Positions 9,363-18,261 are shown, numbered from the stretch's first letter. The stretch: 50,137 nucleotides of DNA from Anaerolineae bacterium (GCA_041082215.1 JBDOIF010000038.1:1-50137), one strand, 5' to 3'. A program made the numbers and translations. The notes: generated from the sequence alone by a model not told the origin.

Positions 9363-10403
9363 CTATTCTCTGCTGGCTGCCGGGATCTCCCTGCCTTCAT
9401 ACTGGCGCCTGTAATACTCCTGGTAATACTCCCCGCTCTTGATGGGCCGCCACCACCACTCGTTCTCGACATACCAGCGGACCGTCTGTTCCAGCGCCTC
9501 CTCAAAGGTGTAGCCTGGCTCCCATCCCAGCGCACGGATCTTGGAGATGTCGAGCGCATACCGACGGTCGTGGCCGGGCCGGTCACGGACAGGCTGGATA
9601 AGGGAATGGGGCTTGCCCAACAGGTCCAGGATCGCCCGCGCCATATCCAGGTTGCGGGTCTCTATGCCGGTCCCCAGATTATAGACCTCCCCCGGCTCTC
9701 CCCGGTGGAGCACGACGTCGATCCCCTCACAGTGGTCCAGCACATACTGATAATCCCGCATCTGGGAGCCGTCGCCGTAGAGGGGCAGCGGCAGGTTGTC
9801 TATGGCGTTGGTGATGAACAGCGGGACCACTTTTTCCGGATACTGGTAGGGGCCGATGTTGTTGGAGCCCCGGGTGATCGTCACCGGGACGCCGAAGCTG
9901 GTATGGTAGGCAATACAGAGGAGGTCGCCGCTGGCCTTGGAGGCGGAGTACGGGCTGCGGGTATGGAGCGGATCGGTCTCCCTGGCCCGCCCTTCCATGA
10001 CCTCGCCGTAGACCTCGTCGGTGCTGATCTGGTGGTACCGTTCCAGGCCGAATTCCCTGGCCGCTTCCAGCAGCACGTAGGTTCCGAAGACGTCGGTGCG
10101 GATGAACTCGTCTGGCTCCATCAGCGAGCGGTCCACGTGAGTGGCGGCGGCGAAGTTGACGATTGTATCAATCCGGTGTACCTGGATCACCTGGCGCACC
10201 TTACCGGCGTCGCAGATGTCCCCCTGAACGAAGAAGTACCGGTCGGCGAATGCCTGGGCCACATCCTTCAGGTTTTCCAGATTGCCGGCATAGGTGAGCT
10301 TGTCGTAGACCACGACCCGGTAGTCGGGGTATTTCCGCAGTATGTAACGGACGAAGTTGGAGCCGATAAAGCCGGCCCCTCCGGTGACCATCAGATTGCG
10401 CAC
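9363..10403 (-). CDS. rfbB: dTDP-glucose 4,6-dehydratase
   Basis: TGGAGFIG, DKLTYAGN, THVDRS, STDEVYG, YSASK, DRPGHDRRY; likely GTG start at 10403. Confidence 0.95.
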   Translation of the reverse strand: MRNLMVTGGAGFIGSNFVRYILRKYPDYRVVVYDKLTYAGNLENLKDVAQAFADRYFFVQGDICDAGKVRQVIQVHRIDTIVNFAAATHVDRSLMEPDEFIRTDVFGTYVLLEAAREFGLERYHQISTDEVYGEVMEGRARETDPLHTRSPYSASKASGDLLCIAYHTSFGVPVTITRGSNNIGPYQYPEKVVPLFITNAIDNLPLPLYGDGSQMRDYQYVLDHCEGIDVVLHRGEPGEVYNLGTGIETRNLDMARAILDLLGKPHSLIQPVRDRPGHDRRYALDISKIRALGWEPGYTFEEALEQTVRWYVENEWWWRPIKSGEYYQEYYRRQYEGREIPAASRE

Positions 10404-10432
10404 AGCCTTTCTCCCGGGAAGATGATGGACGT

Positions 10433-10461
10433 ATTCTACCACAACTCGGTGCAGGTGATAA
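10433..10461 (-). promoter_or_regulatory. sigma70-type promoter of rfbB
   Basis: Minus strand TTATCA (10461-10456), 17-nt spacer, TG-n-TAGAAT (10438-10433). Confidence 0.6.
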
Positions 10462-10476
10462 ATGGGCTTCTACAGG

Positions 10477-10667
10477 AGGTGTATTTCAGTTTGGGGGCGA
10501 GATGTCCCTGGCCCGGGCCGGACCTGGGGAAACACGAATGGCGCGAATGGAAACGAATACCGCGAATGGAGCAGGTATCCCTCCTGTTCGCCGTATTCGG
10601 GCCATTCGTGGGATTCGCGATCCACCGGCGAGCGAGAGGACCACTCGCCCCGAAATTGAAATACGCC
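10477..10667. mobile_element. MITE family A, copy 1
   Basis: Terminal inverted repeats GGTGTATTTCAGTTTGGGGGCGAG / CTCGCCCCGAAATTGAAATACGCC; flanking direct repeat CTTCTACAGG; near-identical to copies at 18379 and 38828. Confidence 0.9.
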
Positions 10668-10670
10668 CTT

Positions 10671-11603
10671 CTACAGGGGGCCCTGGGCCAGTCGGGCGAT
10701 CTTCGGGCCGACTTCCCGCCAGGAGATTTCGGAAAGCCCCAGTTTCTGCCGCAGCCGATTTGGCGGCATCCCCGCCTGGTAATCCCGCACTGCACAGGTC
10801 CAGCGGAGCATCTCGAAGGAGAGATCATCGGGAAGGTTGGCCCTCCTGGCTATATCCTTAAGCACATACTCGAGGTTGCGGGCAGTGCAGGGGAAGAGAC
10901 GTTCCTGGGGTTGATACTGAGCTTTGTACTCGCCCAGCACTTCGGGCCACCAGGCCGGTAGGCGGAGCTGTCTTTCTTTATGTCGGCGGCGGGGGTTGGC
11001 GTATCGGATCCAGAGGACCGGCTGGCCCGGATCGGAGAGGTCAATGTGGTTGAGGACGATGTTCATACACTCCCCCTTCTTGATCCCGGTGTGCAGCAGC
11101 AGCGTGACCAGGAGGTGAGGGCGCGCATCCGGGGGGTCGCCGTTTCGGAGGGCCTGGGTGGTCTCCAGCATCCGCTCGATCTCCTCATCGGAAAGGATGC
11201 GGGGGAGAGGGGTCAGCACTGGCCGATGGACGACCGGAGCGGCGGGGTCCTCCGAAAGCACCCCCGTCTCCGCCAGCCAGCCGAAGAAAACCTTGAGGGT
11301 GGTGATGCGGCGGGCCAGCGACTTGGGGTTGCACGGTACCCCCCGCTCGCTCACCAGCCAGCGGACAAACTGGTTCAGCTCGCGCGTCCCGATCGCCCCG
11401 ACAGCGGTGCCGGCCCCCACGTATTGAATCAGGATCTGAAGATCGGAATTGAAGGCCTGAACGGTGTGGGGGCTGAAATCCCGCTCCCGCATGTAGAGCT
11501 GGAAGCCATCCACAGCGGCGCGGAGGGAAGAGCGGGCAGTGAGACCCGCAGGGGGATCGGAACGGGACTCGTCACCCGGACTGTCATTTATCCGTTCGGC
11601 CAT
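10671..11603 (-). CDS. XerD-like tyrosine recombinase-fold protein with degenerate catalytic residues
   Basis: SAM-like N-domain (SPHTVQAFNSDL, SLARRITTLKVFFGWL), LPRILS, HTGIKKGE, SFEMLRWT, LGL; no C-terminal Tyr; ATG 11603 with AGGAG SD. Confidence 0.85.
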   Translation of the reverse strand: MAERINDSPGDESRSDPPAGLTARSSLRAAVDGFQLYMRERDFSPHTVQAFNSDLQILIQYVGAGTAVGAIGTRELNQFVRWLVSERGVPCNPKSLARRITTLKVFFGWLAETGVLSEDPAAPVVHRPVLTPLPRILSDEEIERMLETTQALRNGDPPDARPHLLVTLLLHTGIKKGECMNIVLNHIDLSDPGQPVLWIRYANPRRRHKERQLRLPAWWPEVLGEYKAQYQPQERLFPCTARNLEYVLKDIARRANLPDDLSFEMLRWTCAVRDYQAGMPPNRLRQKLGLSEISWREVGPKIARLAQGPL

Positions 11604-11643
11604 CGCCTGTCTCCTCTTCTTCGCATAGGTATAACCTGAGGCC

Positions 11644-11671
11644 ATTGTAGCGCACCTCTCCGACCTGTCAA
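11644..11671 (-). promoter_or_regulatory. sigma70-type promoter of the XerD-like gene
   Basis: Minus strand TTGACA (11671-11666), 16-nt spacer, TACAAT (11649-11644). Confidence 0.65.
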
Positions 11672-11748
11672 GCTCTCAGCCAGTGCCCACCAACCCGCCC
11701 GGCTGGGAAATTTGGGATAAAGTTATCGTTTTATTTGGCTTATCGGAC

Positions 11749-11778
11749 TTGACAATGGGGAGATAAATATGGTATGAT
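11749..11778 (+). promoter_or_regulatory. sigma70-type promoter of the FtsK-domain operon
   Basis: TTGACA (11749-11754), 18-nt spacer, TG-n-TATGAT (11773-11778). Confidence 0.75.
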
Positions 11779-11788
11779 AACAGCGCAT

Positions 11789-11802
11789 AGAACGAATGTT
11801 CT
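11789..11802. promoter_or_regulatory. LexA (SOS) box
   Basis: AGAAC-GAAT-GTTCT matches the GAAC-N4-GTTC LexA motif of Firmicutes, Actinobacteria and Chloroflexota; lies just downstream of the -10. Confidence 0.75.
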
Positions 11803-11853
11803 TATTTCTTTCATCGTGGGGGGTTTCCGATGGGAGCGCAGCGGGGAGGAGAC

Positions 11854-12930
11854 ATGCGCAGGATGCTGGAATACCAGGCAGACCGCATCGAGGCGGTGCT
11901 GGCCCAACACCGGGTGCCGGGGCGGGTGACGGGAGGCACAGTAGCGCCCCGCTGGATCCGCTTCCAGGTTCTCCCGGCGATGGGGGCCCGCATCGCCACC
12001 ATCAAAAACCTCTCCGAGGAGCTGGCCGCCGCCCTGGACGCCCCCTCCGTCCGCGTCGCCCGACGGGGCGCCGCCGTCGCCATCGAGGTCCCACGGGACG
12101 ACCCCCAGCCCATCCGCCTTCTCCCCCTTCTCCGCGCCCTCCGCAACGTCCCGCCCGTCACTGCCTGCCTGGGGCTGGACGATGAAGGCGTGCCCCTCCT
12201 CATCCGCCTCCCCTCACCCGATGTCGCCCACGTCCTGGTCGCCGGAACCACCGGCAGCGGCAAGACCGTCCTCCTGCGTTCGATGGCCCTCAGCCTGGCC
12301 CTCCGCCACCCCCACCCCGGCGAGCTGGCCCTGCTCCTCATTGACCCCAAAGGACGGGCCTTCCGGGAGCTGGCCCCCCTCCCCCAACTGGCCCGGCCGG
12401 TGGTGGTGGAGGTGGGGGAGGCGGTGGAGGCGCTGGGAAGCCTGGTCCGCCTGATGGAACGGCGGGACCGGTGGGGGGAGAGCCAGCCCCCGGTGGTGGT
12501 GTTCATTGATGAGCTGACCGACCTGATGATGGTCGGCGGGGCAGAGACGGAGCGCCGATTGACGCGGCTGTTGCAGCGGGGGCGGGAGGCAGGCATCCAC
12601 ATTGTGGCTGCCACCCAGAAGCCGACGGCGGCGGTCATTGGCAGCCTGGTCAAGGCCAACTTCCCGGTCCGGCTGGTGGGGAAGGTGGCCAGCCCGGAGG
12701 ATGCGCGGGTGGCCGCCGGGCAGGGAGGGACCGGTGCGGAACGGCTACTGGGGCGGGGGGATTTCATCGCCGTGGCGGAGGGGCGGCTGTACCGGTTCCA
12801 GGCCGCCTATGTCACCTCCGAAGAGATCGCAGAGGTCGTCTCCGCCCTGCGCTGTGAGGGGGTGCTCCGGCTGGAGTCGGGCCAGGTGTGGGAGGCGATC
12901 CCGGCAGGGGTCGGAGGCGGAGAGGAATAG
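11854..12930 (+). CDS. FtsK/SpoIIIE motor-domain protein (alpha and beta domains only)
   Basis: Alpha-domain-like N-terminus (VAIEVP), Walker A GTTGSGKT, LIDPK, Walker B VVFIDE, ATQKP, GAERLLGRGD; no TM segments and no gamma domain. Confidence 0.88.
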   Translation: MRRMLEYQADRIEAVLAQHRVPGRVTGGTVAPRWIRFQVLPAMGARIATIKNLSEELAAALDAPSVRVARRGAAVAIEVPRDDPQPIRLLPLLRALRNVPPVTACLGLDDEGVPLLIRLPSPDVAHVLVAGTTGSGKTVLLRSMALSLALRHPHPGELALLLIDPKGRAFRELAPLPQLARPVVVEVGEAVEALGSLVRLMERRDRWGESQPPVVVFIDELTDLMMVGGAETERRLTRLLQRGREAGIHIVAATQKPTAAVIGSLVKANFPVRLVGKVASPEDARVAAGQGGTGAERLLGRGDFIAVAEGRLYRFQAAYVTSEEIAEVVSALRCEGVLRLESGQVWEAIPAGVGGGEE

Positions 12931-12933
12931 GAA

Positions 12934-13148
12934 CGCAATGATGAGTTTTAACAGATTAATCCGGCCATAATCCTGCGCGGCTCTTGTGGAAACAACGGGG
13001 CGCAGGCCGCCAGGCCTGCAGGGACAGGCTAACAGCCTGCGCTACGCCCGGCCATTCTTGTGGGCATAGTGCTCCCCGACCACGCAAATTCCCGGAGAAC
13101 CTCCTGCACCATTGTGCACGGATTAATTTTTCAAAGTTCATCATTGCG
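12934..13148. mobile_element. MITE-like element family B carrying an internal REP-like pair
   Basis: 30-bp terminal inverted repeats (25/30 match) CGCAATGATGAGTTTTAACAGATTAATCCG / CGGATTAATTTTTCAAAGTTCATCATTGCG. Confidence 0.7.
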
Positions 13149-13194
13149 CCCGTGCTGCGCCCCGATGATGGGGCAGGGATGAAGGGAGGAGAAG

Positions 13195-13620
13195 ATGGAG
13201 GGATCATATGGCTACAATATGCCCCCCGATCCGGGTCGGAACCGACCCTGGGCGCGGTTGCGGATGTTTGGGGGTCTTCTTGCGGTCGTCTTTGCTGTGA
13301 CGCTGGCCGTCCTGATCGGGCAACGGCTCAGCGACCAGGCGATGGCAGTGCTGGCGGGGGCGGTGTGCGGCGTGGGGGCCAGCATTCCCACCAGCCTCCT
13401 CATCGTGTGGGTCACCCAGCGGCGGCGCGAGCAGCAGCCTGCGCAGATAACCGGGGCCTACCCACCCGTGATCGTCGTCCAGCCGCCCCCTCAGCCTGGC
13501 CTCTCGGGACAGGCGCCGGGCCAGCCGGGATACCTGGCCCCTTTCTCGCCGCCAGCCCAGCGGGAGTTCACCGTCGTCGGCAGCGAGGGAGAGGAGGTGA
13601 GATATGGCCGTTACCAGTGA
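13195..13620 (+). CDS. Hypothetical membrane protein (two hydrophobic helices, Pro-rich tail)
   Basis: SD GGAGGAG; hydrophobic segments at about aa 25-42 and 51-73. Confidence 0.7.
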   Translation: MEGSYGYNMPPDPGRNRPWARLRMFGGLLAVVFAVTLAVLIGQRLSDQAMAVLAGAVCGVGASIPTSLLIVWVTQRRREQQPAQITGAYPPVIVVQPPPQPGLSGQAPGQPGYLAPFSPPAQREFTVVGSEGEEVRYGRYQ

Positions 13621-13906
13621 GGCGCGGCGGCCCCGTTCCGGCCGGGAGATCCGGCAGCGTCCGGGCAAGGGGGCCGAGCCGGTGGAGGTGCGCCAGAAAC
13701 GGCACAATTATTTCCCCCACGTGTTCGTCTGGCGTGGGCGGGAGTATCGGGTAGAGGCAGTGGAGCAGTGCTGGACCCTTTCCCGACGCGGTCAGGGGGG
13801 ACGGGTTGAGGGGCACTGCTTCCGCGTCCGTTGCCAGGAAGGCACCTTCGACCTGTTCCAGGACGCACGGGTGGGCACCTGGCACATGAAGCGAAAGGTA
13901 CGATAG
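13604..13906 (+). CDS. Small beta-rich protein, DUF6504-like
   Basis: P..FVWRGREYRV..V.Q.W...FRV.....FDL.......W pattern; SD GGAGGTGA; overlaps the upstream stop. Confidence 0.65.
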   Translation: MAVTSEARRPRSGREIRQRPGKGAEPVEVRQKRHNYFPHVFVWRGREYRVEAVEQCWTLSRRGQGGRVEGHCFRVRCQEGTFDLFQDARVGTWHMKRKVR

Positions 13907-13915
13907 GAGGCAAAG

Positions 13916-14692
13916 ATGAAAGTGTATCGAGTGGAAAACAGGGACCAGGCACAGGCAGCCTACCCGTGTGCGACGGAAAGCCCCACCCCTTTCTGGGCCG
14001 ATGGCCTGTCCCTTTCCAGAGAGTGGTTCGCCGAGAGCCTGGGGCAGTTCGTGGAGGGCTTCCACCTCGAAGACGACACCGGCCGGGTGATCGGGCACAT
14101 CTACTGGGCACCGTCCGAAAGAGCGCTGGTTCCCTATCGCATCGAGGAGGGTGCCGCTTTCCTGTACTGCGAGTGGTTGCAGCATTCCTACCGGGGACGG
14201 GGTTATATGCGGATGCTTTTCGACGCCTTTGTGGCCTTTCTCCGGCGCGAAGGTTGCAAAGGGATTCTGGTGGACGGCACGGAATTCGAAGGGTATATGC
14301 ACTATCGCCACTTCGCCAGGAGGGGCTTTCGGGTGATCCAGCAGGGAGATGGAGGGGGGTTAATGTATCTGCCGCTGTCGCAGGAAGCGGTCCACGTAGA
14401 AACCCTTCACCCACGGATAACCCGAGGGGGGATAGCGCCGGTCGAAGTGCTGATCATCGGCTCCCGCTTCTGTCCGGTGGGCGCGTCGGCTGTGCTGGCG
14501 GTTCGGAAGGTAGCGGGCGAGCTGGGGGCAGGTGTGGTGGTGCAGGAAGTGCCGGCGGGACCCGATGCCCTCGCCCGCTACGGCGTGGCCGACGGGATCT
14601 TCGTCAACGGAAAGGCGCGCTTCTTCGGCCCGGTCACCGAAGAGCAGGTCCGCGCCACCCTTCAGGAGGAGCTGAGACAGGCCATCGGCTGA
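13916..14692 (+). CDS. GNAT acetyltransferase with C-terminal thioredoxin-like domain (YoaP-like)
   Basis: YRGRGY acetyl-CoA motif, FARRGF; C-terminal FCP...YGVADGIFVNGK. Confidence 0.7.
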   Translation: MKVYRVENRDQAQAAYPCATESPTPFWADGLSLSREWFAESLGQFVEGFHLEDDTGRVIGHIYWAPSERALVPYRIEEGAAFLYCEWLQHSYRGRGYMRMLFDAFVAFLRREGCKGILVDGTEFEGYMHYRHFARRGFRVIQQGDGGGLMYLPLSQEAVHVETLHPRITRGGIAPVEVLIIGSRFCPVGASAVLAVRKVAGELGAGVVVQEVPAGPDALARYGVADGIFVNGKARFFGPVTEEQVRATLQEELRQAIG

Positions 14693-14716
14693 AACACTGG
14701 GGGTCTGGAGGGGGGA

Positions 14717-14986
14717 ATGAAGGTCGGGTTGTTGTGGTTTGATGATGATCCAGCGCGGGACCTGGAGCAGAAGGTGGGGCGGGCGGCCCGCCACTATCAG
14801 CAGAAGTTCGGGCGCTCTCCCAGCGTCTGTTACGTCCATCCCTCCCTGCTGAAGGGAGGAGAGCTGTGCCACGTGAACGGTTTGAAGGTGCTTCCCCTCC
14901 CCTCGGTGCTCCGCCACCACTTCTGGATCGGCGAAGAGGAGGGAAACGGATCATCCCCACGGCGAGAGCGCAGCCGGGCGGGTTAG
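14717..14986 (+). CDS. Hypothetical protein
   Basis: SD GGAGG; GLLWFDDD...AARHYQQKFG..P..CYVHP pattern; typical codon usage. Confidence 0.7.
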   Translation: MKVGLLWFDDDPARDLEQKVGRAARHYQQKFGRSPSVCYVHPSLLKGGELCHVNGLKVLPLPSVLRHHFWIGEEEGNGSSPRRERSRAG

Positions 14987-15017
14987 ACCGTTTCCATCAC
15001 CCCGCCTCTCGACCGGT

Positions 15018-16001
15018 TCATGAAGCCAGAGCTGCCACCAGCAGGTCCAGAGCCGCCTCCACGGCCAGCTCCCCGCCCTTGATCTGCAGGTCCGTCTCCA
15101 ACAGGTGGCGGTAGATCTGTTCCAGCTGGCCGGAGGTGAAGTTAGCCGCCTGGGCGTAGAGCTTGCTGGCAGGGAAGGGGTGAAGGCCCAGGATGCGGGC
15201 AACGCTGGATGGGTTCTCCCCGGCCTGACGGAGTTCCTGCACCTGGATGAGCAATCGGAACTGGCGGACAATCATAGCGAGGATCCCCATCGGGCTTTCT
15301 CCTCCCTCCAGCAGCCGGTGAAGTGTCTGTGCCGCTGTCGCCCCATCCCGTCGCCCGAGGGCATCCACCAGATCGAAGATCACCGCCTGGCGTGCGTAGG
15401 GGACAAGGCGGGCTACGTCCTCGACGGTCACAGCCCGGTCTGGCCCGGCGTAGGTCACCAGCTTTCGGATCTCCTGGTCCAGGAGCCGCAGGTCCTGCCC
15501 GACGACCTCGGCCAGCCGGGCAGCGGCATCCGGTTCGATCCGCCCTCCGTACTTTTCAGCCCGCCCAAGGACCCAGTGCGGTAGCTGGCCGGGCTCCGGC
15601 GGCTCAAACTGACGGGCATAGCCGCGCTCATGCCTCCGGGCCAGTTGAAGGACCGGATGTTCCTCCGGCAGCGCCCTGTCCTCGACGAAGACCAGCCGGG
15701 TCGTCTCCGGCAGATGGGGAAGAAGGTCCAGCAGCTCTTCCAGGAAGGCCCTCTCCTTCCCCTGCCCCAGGCGGTCCAGAAGCCCCGTCACCACCACCAG
15801 CCGCCGGTCTGCCATAAAGGGTATCGTCTCACAGGCGTGACGGAGCTCTCCCAGCGTCACCTTTTGCCCGTCGAGCCAGGTGGTATTCAGCTCCGCCATC
15901 TCCGGCGGGCCTAACCGCTGGCGCAGCTCCGCCACCGTCTCGGCGCGGGTGAACTCATCACTGCCGTGGAGCACATAGAAAGTGGGGCTGGGACGGGCCA
16001 T
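15018..16001 (-). CDS. holA: DNA polymerase III delta subunit
   Basis: YVLHGSDEF, PFMADRRLVVV, EIRKL..Y, IFDLVDA, DLQIK.G. Confidence 0.92.
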   Translation of the reverse strand: MARPSPTFYVLHGSDEFTRAETVAELRQRLGPPEMAELNTTWLDGQKVTLGELRHACETIPFMADRRLVVVTGLLDRLGQGKERAFLEELLDLLPHLPETTRLVFVEDRALPEEHPVLQLARRHERGYARQFEPPEPGQLPHWVLGRAEKYGGRIEPDAAARLAEVVGQDLRLLDQEIRKLVTYAGPDRAVTVEDVARLVPYARQAVIFDLVDALGRRDGATAAQTLHRLLEGGESPMGILAMIVRQFRLLIQVQELRQAGENPSSVARILGLHPFPASKLYAQAANFTSGQLEQIYRHLLETDLQIKGGELAVEAALDLLVAALAS

Positions 16002-16514
16002 CTACCCCTCGGTCTGGATGTGGTGGAGGACCAGCGGCCCCCGCTCCTCACGGACCACGCCGACGATCCGCAGATCGCCCACGTCCCCGTCGGTGGTCAC
16101 CCGGGACTGGAGAACCGCCCCCAGCCTCTGCCCCAGAATAAAGCCGAAAGTCGCCACCAGCAGGACCAGCGGCAATCTCCCCAACCACTCCCCCAGGCTC
16201 CGGCGGCGGGGGGTTAGGACGGCGAAGACCCCCATCCCCGCCAGCGATCCGGCAGCGACGAAGTTGGTCCCGCAGGTGGGATGGACCGCCAGCTCCTTCT
16301 GGCCCGCCTTCAGCCGGGCCAGGGCCTCCTGCACCGCCTCCACCACCGTCTCGGTGGGCAGGTTTCCATAAAGGATGAACCCGCGAAGAGTAGAGCGGCC
16401 CACAACCCGCAGGTCCCGACACCGGCGGCTGAGGACATGGATGGTGGCATGCTCCAGAGCATGGTTGCGACGGATGCGCTCGATCAGTGGGTGGGAAAGC
16501 AGCGTTCTCAACAT
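16002..16514 (-). CDS. DUF6391-like membrane protein
   Basis: RIRRNHALEHATI, LAVHPTCGTN, two hydrophobic segments. Confidence 0.7.
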   Translation of the reverse strand: MLRTLLSHPLIERIRRNHALEHATIHVLSRRCRDLRVVGRSTLRGFILYGNLPTETVVEAVQEALARLKAGQKELAVHPTCGTNFVAAGSLAGMGVFAVLTPRRRSLGEWLGRLPLVLLVATFGFILGQRLGAVLQSRVTTDGDVGDLRIVGVVREERGPLVLHHIQTEG

Positions 16515-16524
16515 CTCCGGCCTC

Positions 16525-17310
16525 CTATTCCCCTGAGAAGTCGGGGGGCAAAGGCTCCGCCGGCCGGGCAATGACGATCAGACGGTAGGCCAGCGATCCG
16601 TAAGGGTGGCAGGTCACCAGAGTAACCCGCTCGTCATCGGTGGGCAGGGCGTAACGGGCATTGGCCAGGCGGACTTCCAGCGGTTGTCCCTCCTCCTCCA
16701 GCAAGAGCACCTCCGCCACCCGATACGCGAACGGCCTTTCGTCGGAATACAGGATGATCCACTCACCTGGTTCGACCCGATAGAGATCGCGGAAAACGCC
16801 GTTTTCGGGCCAGTTGTGGCCGCTGATGACGGTGTTGCCCGGCAGGCCCAGCGGGGCCGATCCCCTGTGCCAGCCAGCGATCGGCGGATCAGGAACTGAC
16901 CAGACGGGCTGAAGCGTCCCCCCGATTTCGTCCATCTGCCAGTCCGTCGGCACCACCCGGGCGTCCACTCCGATGGAGGGGATCACGATGCGGGTGGGGG
17001 AGAAGACAGCAGGGGTGGAAACAGGCAAGGTACGGGTCGCTGTCGGCTGCGGGACCGGTTCCTGCGGGGGCCACGTTGTCGGTTCCTCCGTCGGTTCCGC
17101 AGCCGGCCTCCGGGCGGTGGCAAGAGCCGGGGATGGCCCGGCCTGTGTGGGTGGCGGCGAGAACAGCCGGCTGCCGACGAGGGGGAGCGGAGAAGGGCCG
17201 ACGATGAACCAGCCGACGACCAGCAGAGCAATGCCACCCAGGATCAGGGCGCTGGAGATGTATCTTCCAGCATCGGACGTCCCCGGAGGCTGGGGCTTTC
17301 CGCATGCCAT
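16525..17310 (-). CDS. Sortase
   Basis: N-terminal TM, Pro/Thr linker, GNTVISGH, TLVTC, downstream Arg (YRLIV). Confidence 0.85.
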   Translation of the reverse strand: MACGKPQPPGTSDAGRYISSALILGGIALLVVGWFIVGPSPLPLVGSRLFSPPPTQAGPSPALATARRPAAEPTEEPTTWPPQEPVPQPTATRTLPVSTPAVFSPTRIVIPSIGVDARVVPTDWQMDEIGGTLQPVWSVPDPPIAGWHRGSAPLGLPGNTVISGHNWPENGVFRDLYRVEPGEWIILYSDERPFAYRVAEVLLLEEEGQPLEVRLANARYALPTDDERVTLVTCHPYGSLAYRLIVIARPAEPLPPDFSGE

Positions 17311-17394
17311 CTGCCTACAGACTCCCGCTACACAGAGAAGGCGGCGCGTCTGGCCATAGGGCCGACCCGCCGCCGTCGTGACGTATCGCTATCC

Positions 17395-18261
17395 TCACCA
17401 CGCTCCAGGTGCGTTCCGACCCTCCGACGGCAGCAAGGCTTCAGGGGAACCGGTGCGAGCAGCAGGCGGCTCAGGTTTGGGTCGAGATTCCGGCATGGAG
17501 ACGATACGGCCATCCACCATCAGCCACAGGCCAACCCGACTGTCCAGGTCCTTCCCATCGGCAGGCCAGAAGACCACTGCGGTAGGAGGGCCAGCGGTGG
17601 TGGCGTCGGGGATGTAGGCTGCGATCGGCCGGTTGCTGTAGCGGGCGAAGGGCCGCTGGGGGCCAAAGACCGTCAGTGCGCTTCGGGCCCCCTCGTCCAT
17701 CGCCGCCACGGTCGCTACCCAGTGACCCTCGGGAGGCAGGCCGCACCGCACCGCCACGGCACGGGCATAGGAGTCCAGAATATCCTGGGCATACCGGCGC
17801 GGGCCTCGCAGATGGACCTGCTCCCACCCGCCGTTGTAGGCCGCCAGCGCCTGGTAGAGGTCTCCGTGGGATTGGCGGATCACAATGGAGAGGGCCCGCG
17901 CTCCCCAGAATACATTGTTTGAGGGGTCTTCCAGGGCGGCAGCGGTGGGCCGCCAGGGGAACCCGGCCTCCCTGGGCATGACCATCATCAGGCCAACTGC
18001 TCCGGCCGGACTATGGGCTTTGGGTTGCCCGAGCGACTCATTCCATATGACGGCAGCGATCAGGTCGGGGTCCAGCCCTCGCTGATGGGCATACTCAAGG
18101 ATGATCGGTTCCCATTGCTGGATAGCCGGCCCCCAATAGGGAGAGAGATTGGGATTCGGAGCGGGCGGCTGCACAGAAGGGTGGGCGAAGACAGGAGAGA
18201 CCAGGGACAGGGTCCCTATCGCCACCAGAGTGGCGATCATGCCCCATTTTGTCTGAAGCAT
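17395..18261 (-). CDS. Secreted lytic transglycosylase (SLT domain)
   Basis: Signal peptide; LIAAVIWNES catalytic Glu, GAVGLM, ALAAYNGG. Confidence 0.85.
   Translation of the reverse strand: MLQTKWGMIATLVAIGTLSLVSPVFAHPSVQPPAPNPNLSPYWGPAIQQWEPIILEYAHQRGLDPDLIAAVIWNESLGQPKAHSPAGAVGLMMVMPREAGFPWRPTAAALEDPSNNVFWGARALSIVIRQSHGDLYQALAAYNGGWEQVHLRGPRRYAQDILDSYARAVAVRCGLPPEGHWVATVAAMDEGARSALTVFGPQRPFARYSNRPIAAYIPDATTAGPPTAVVFWPADGKDLDSRVGLWLMVDGRIVSMPESRPKPEPPAARTGSPEALLPSEGRNAPGAW

Noticed and set aside
10462..10659. Small ORFs inside MITE copies
   Set aside because: Differ in frame and length among the three copies; no transposase motifs
10671..14986. Active prophage or ICE (integrase plus FtsK)
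   Set aside because: Recombinase lacks catalytic residues; no att repeats, tRNA target, relaxase, Rep or structural genes; composition looks like the host
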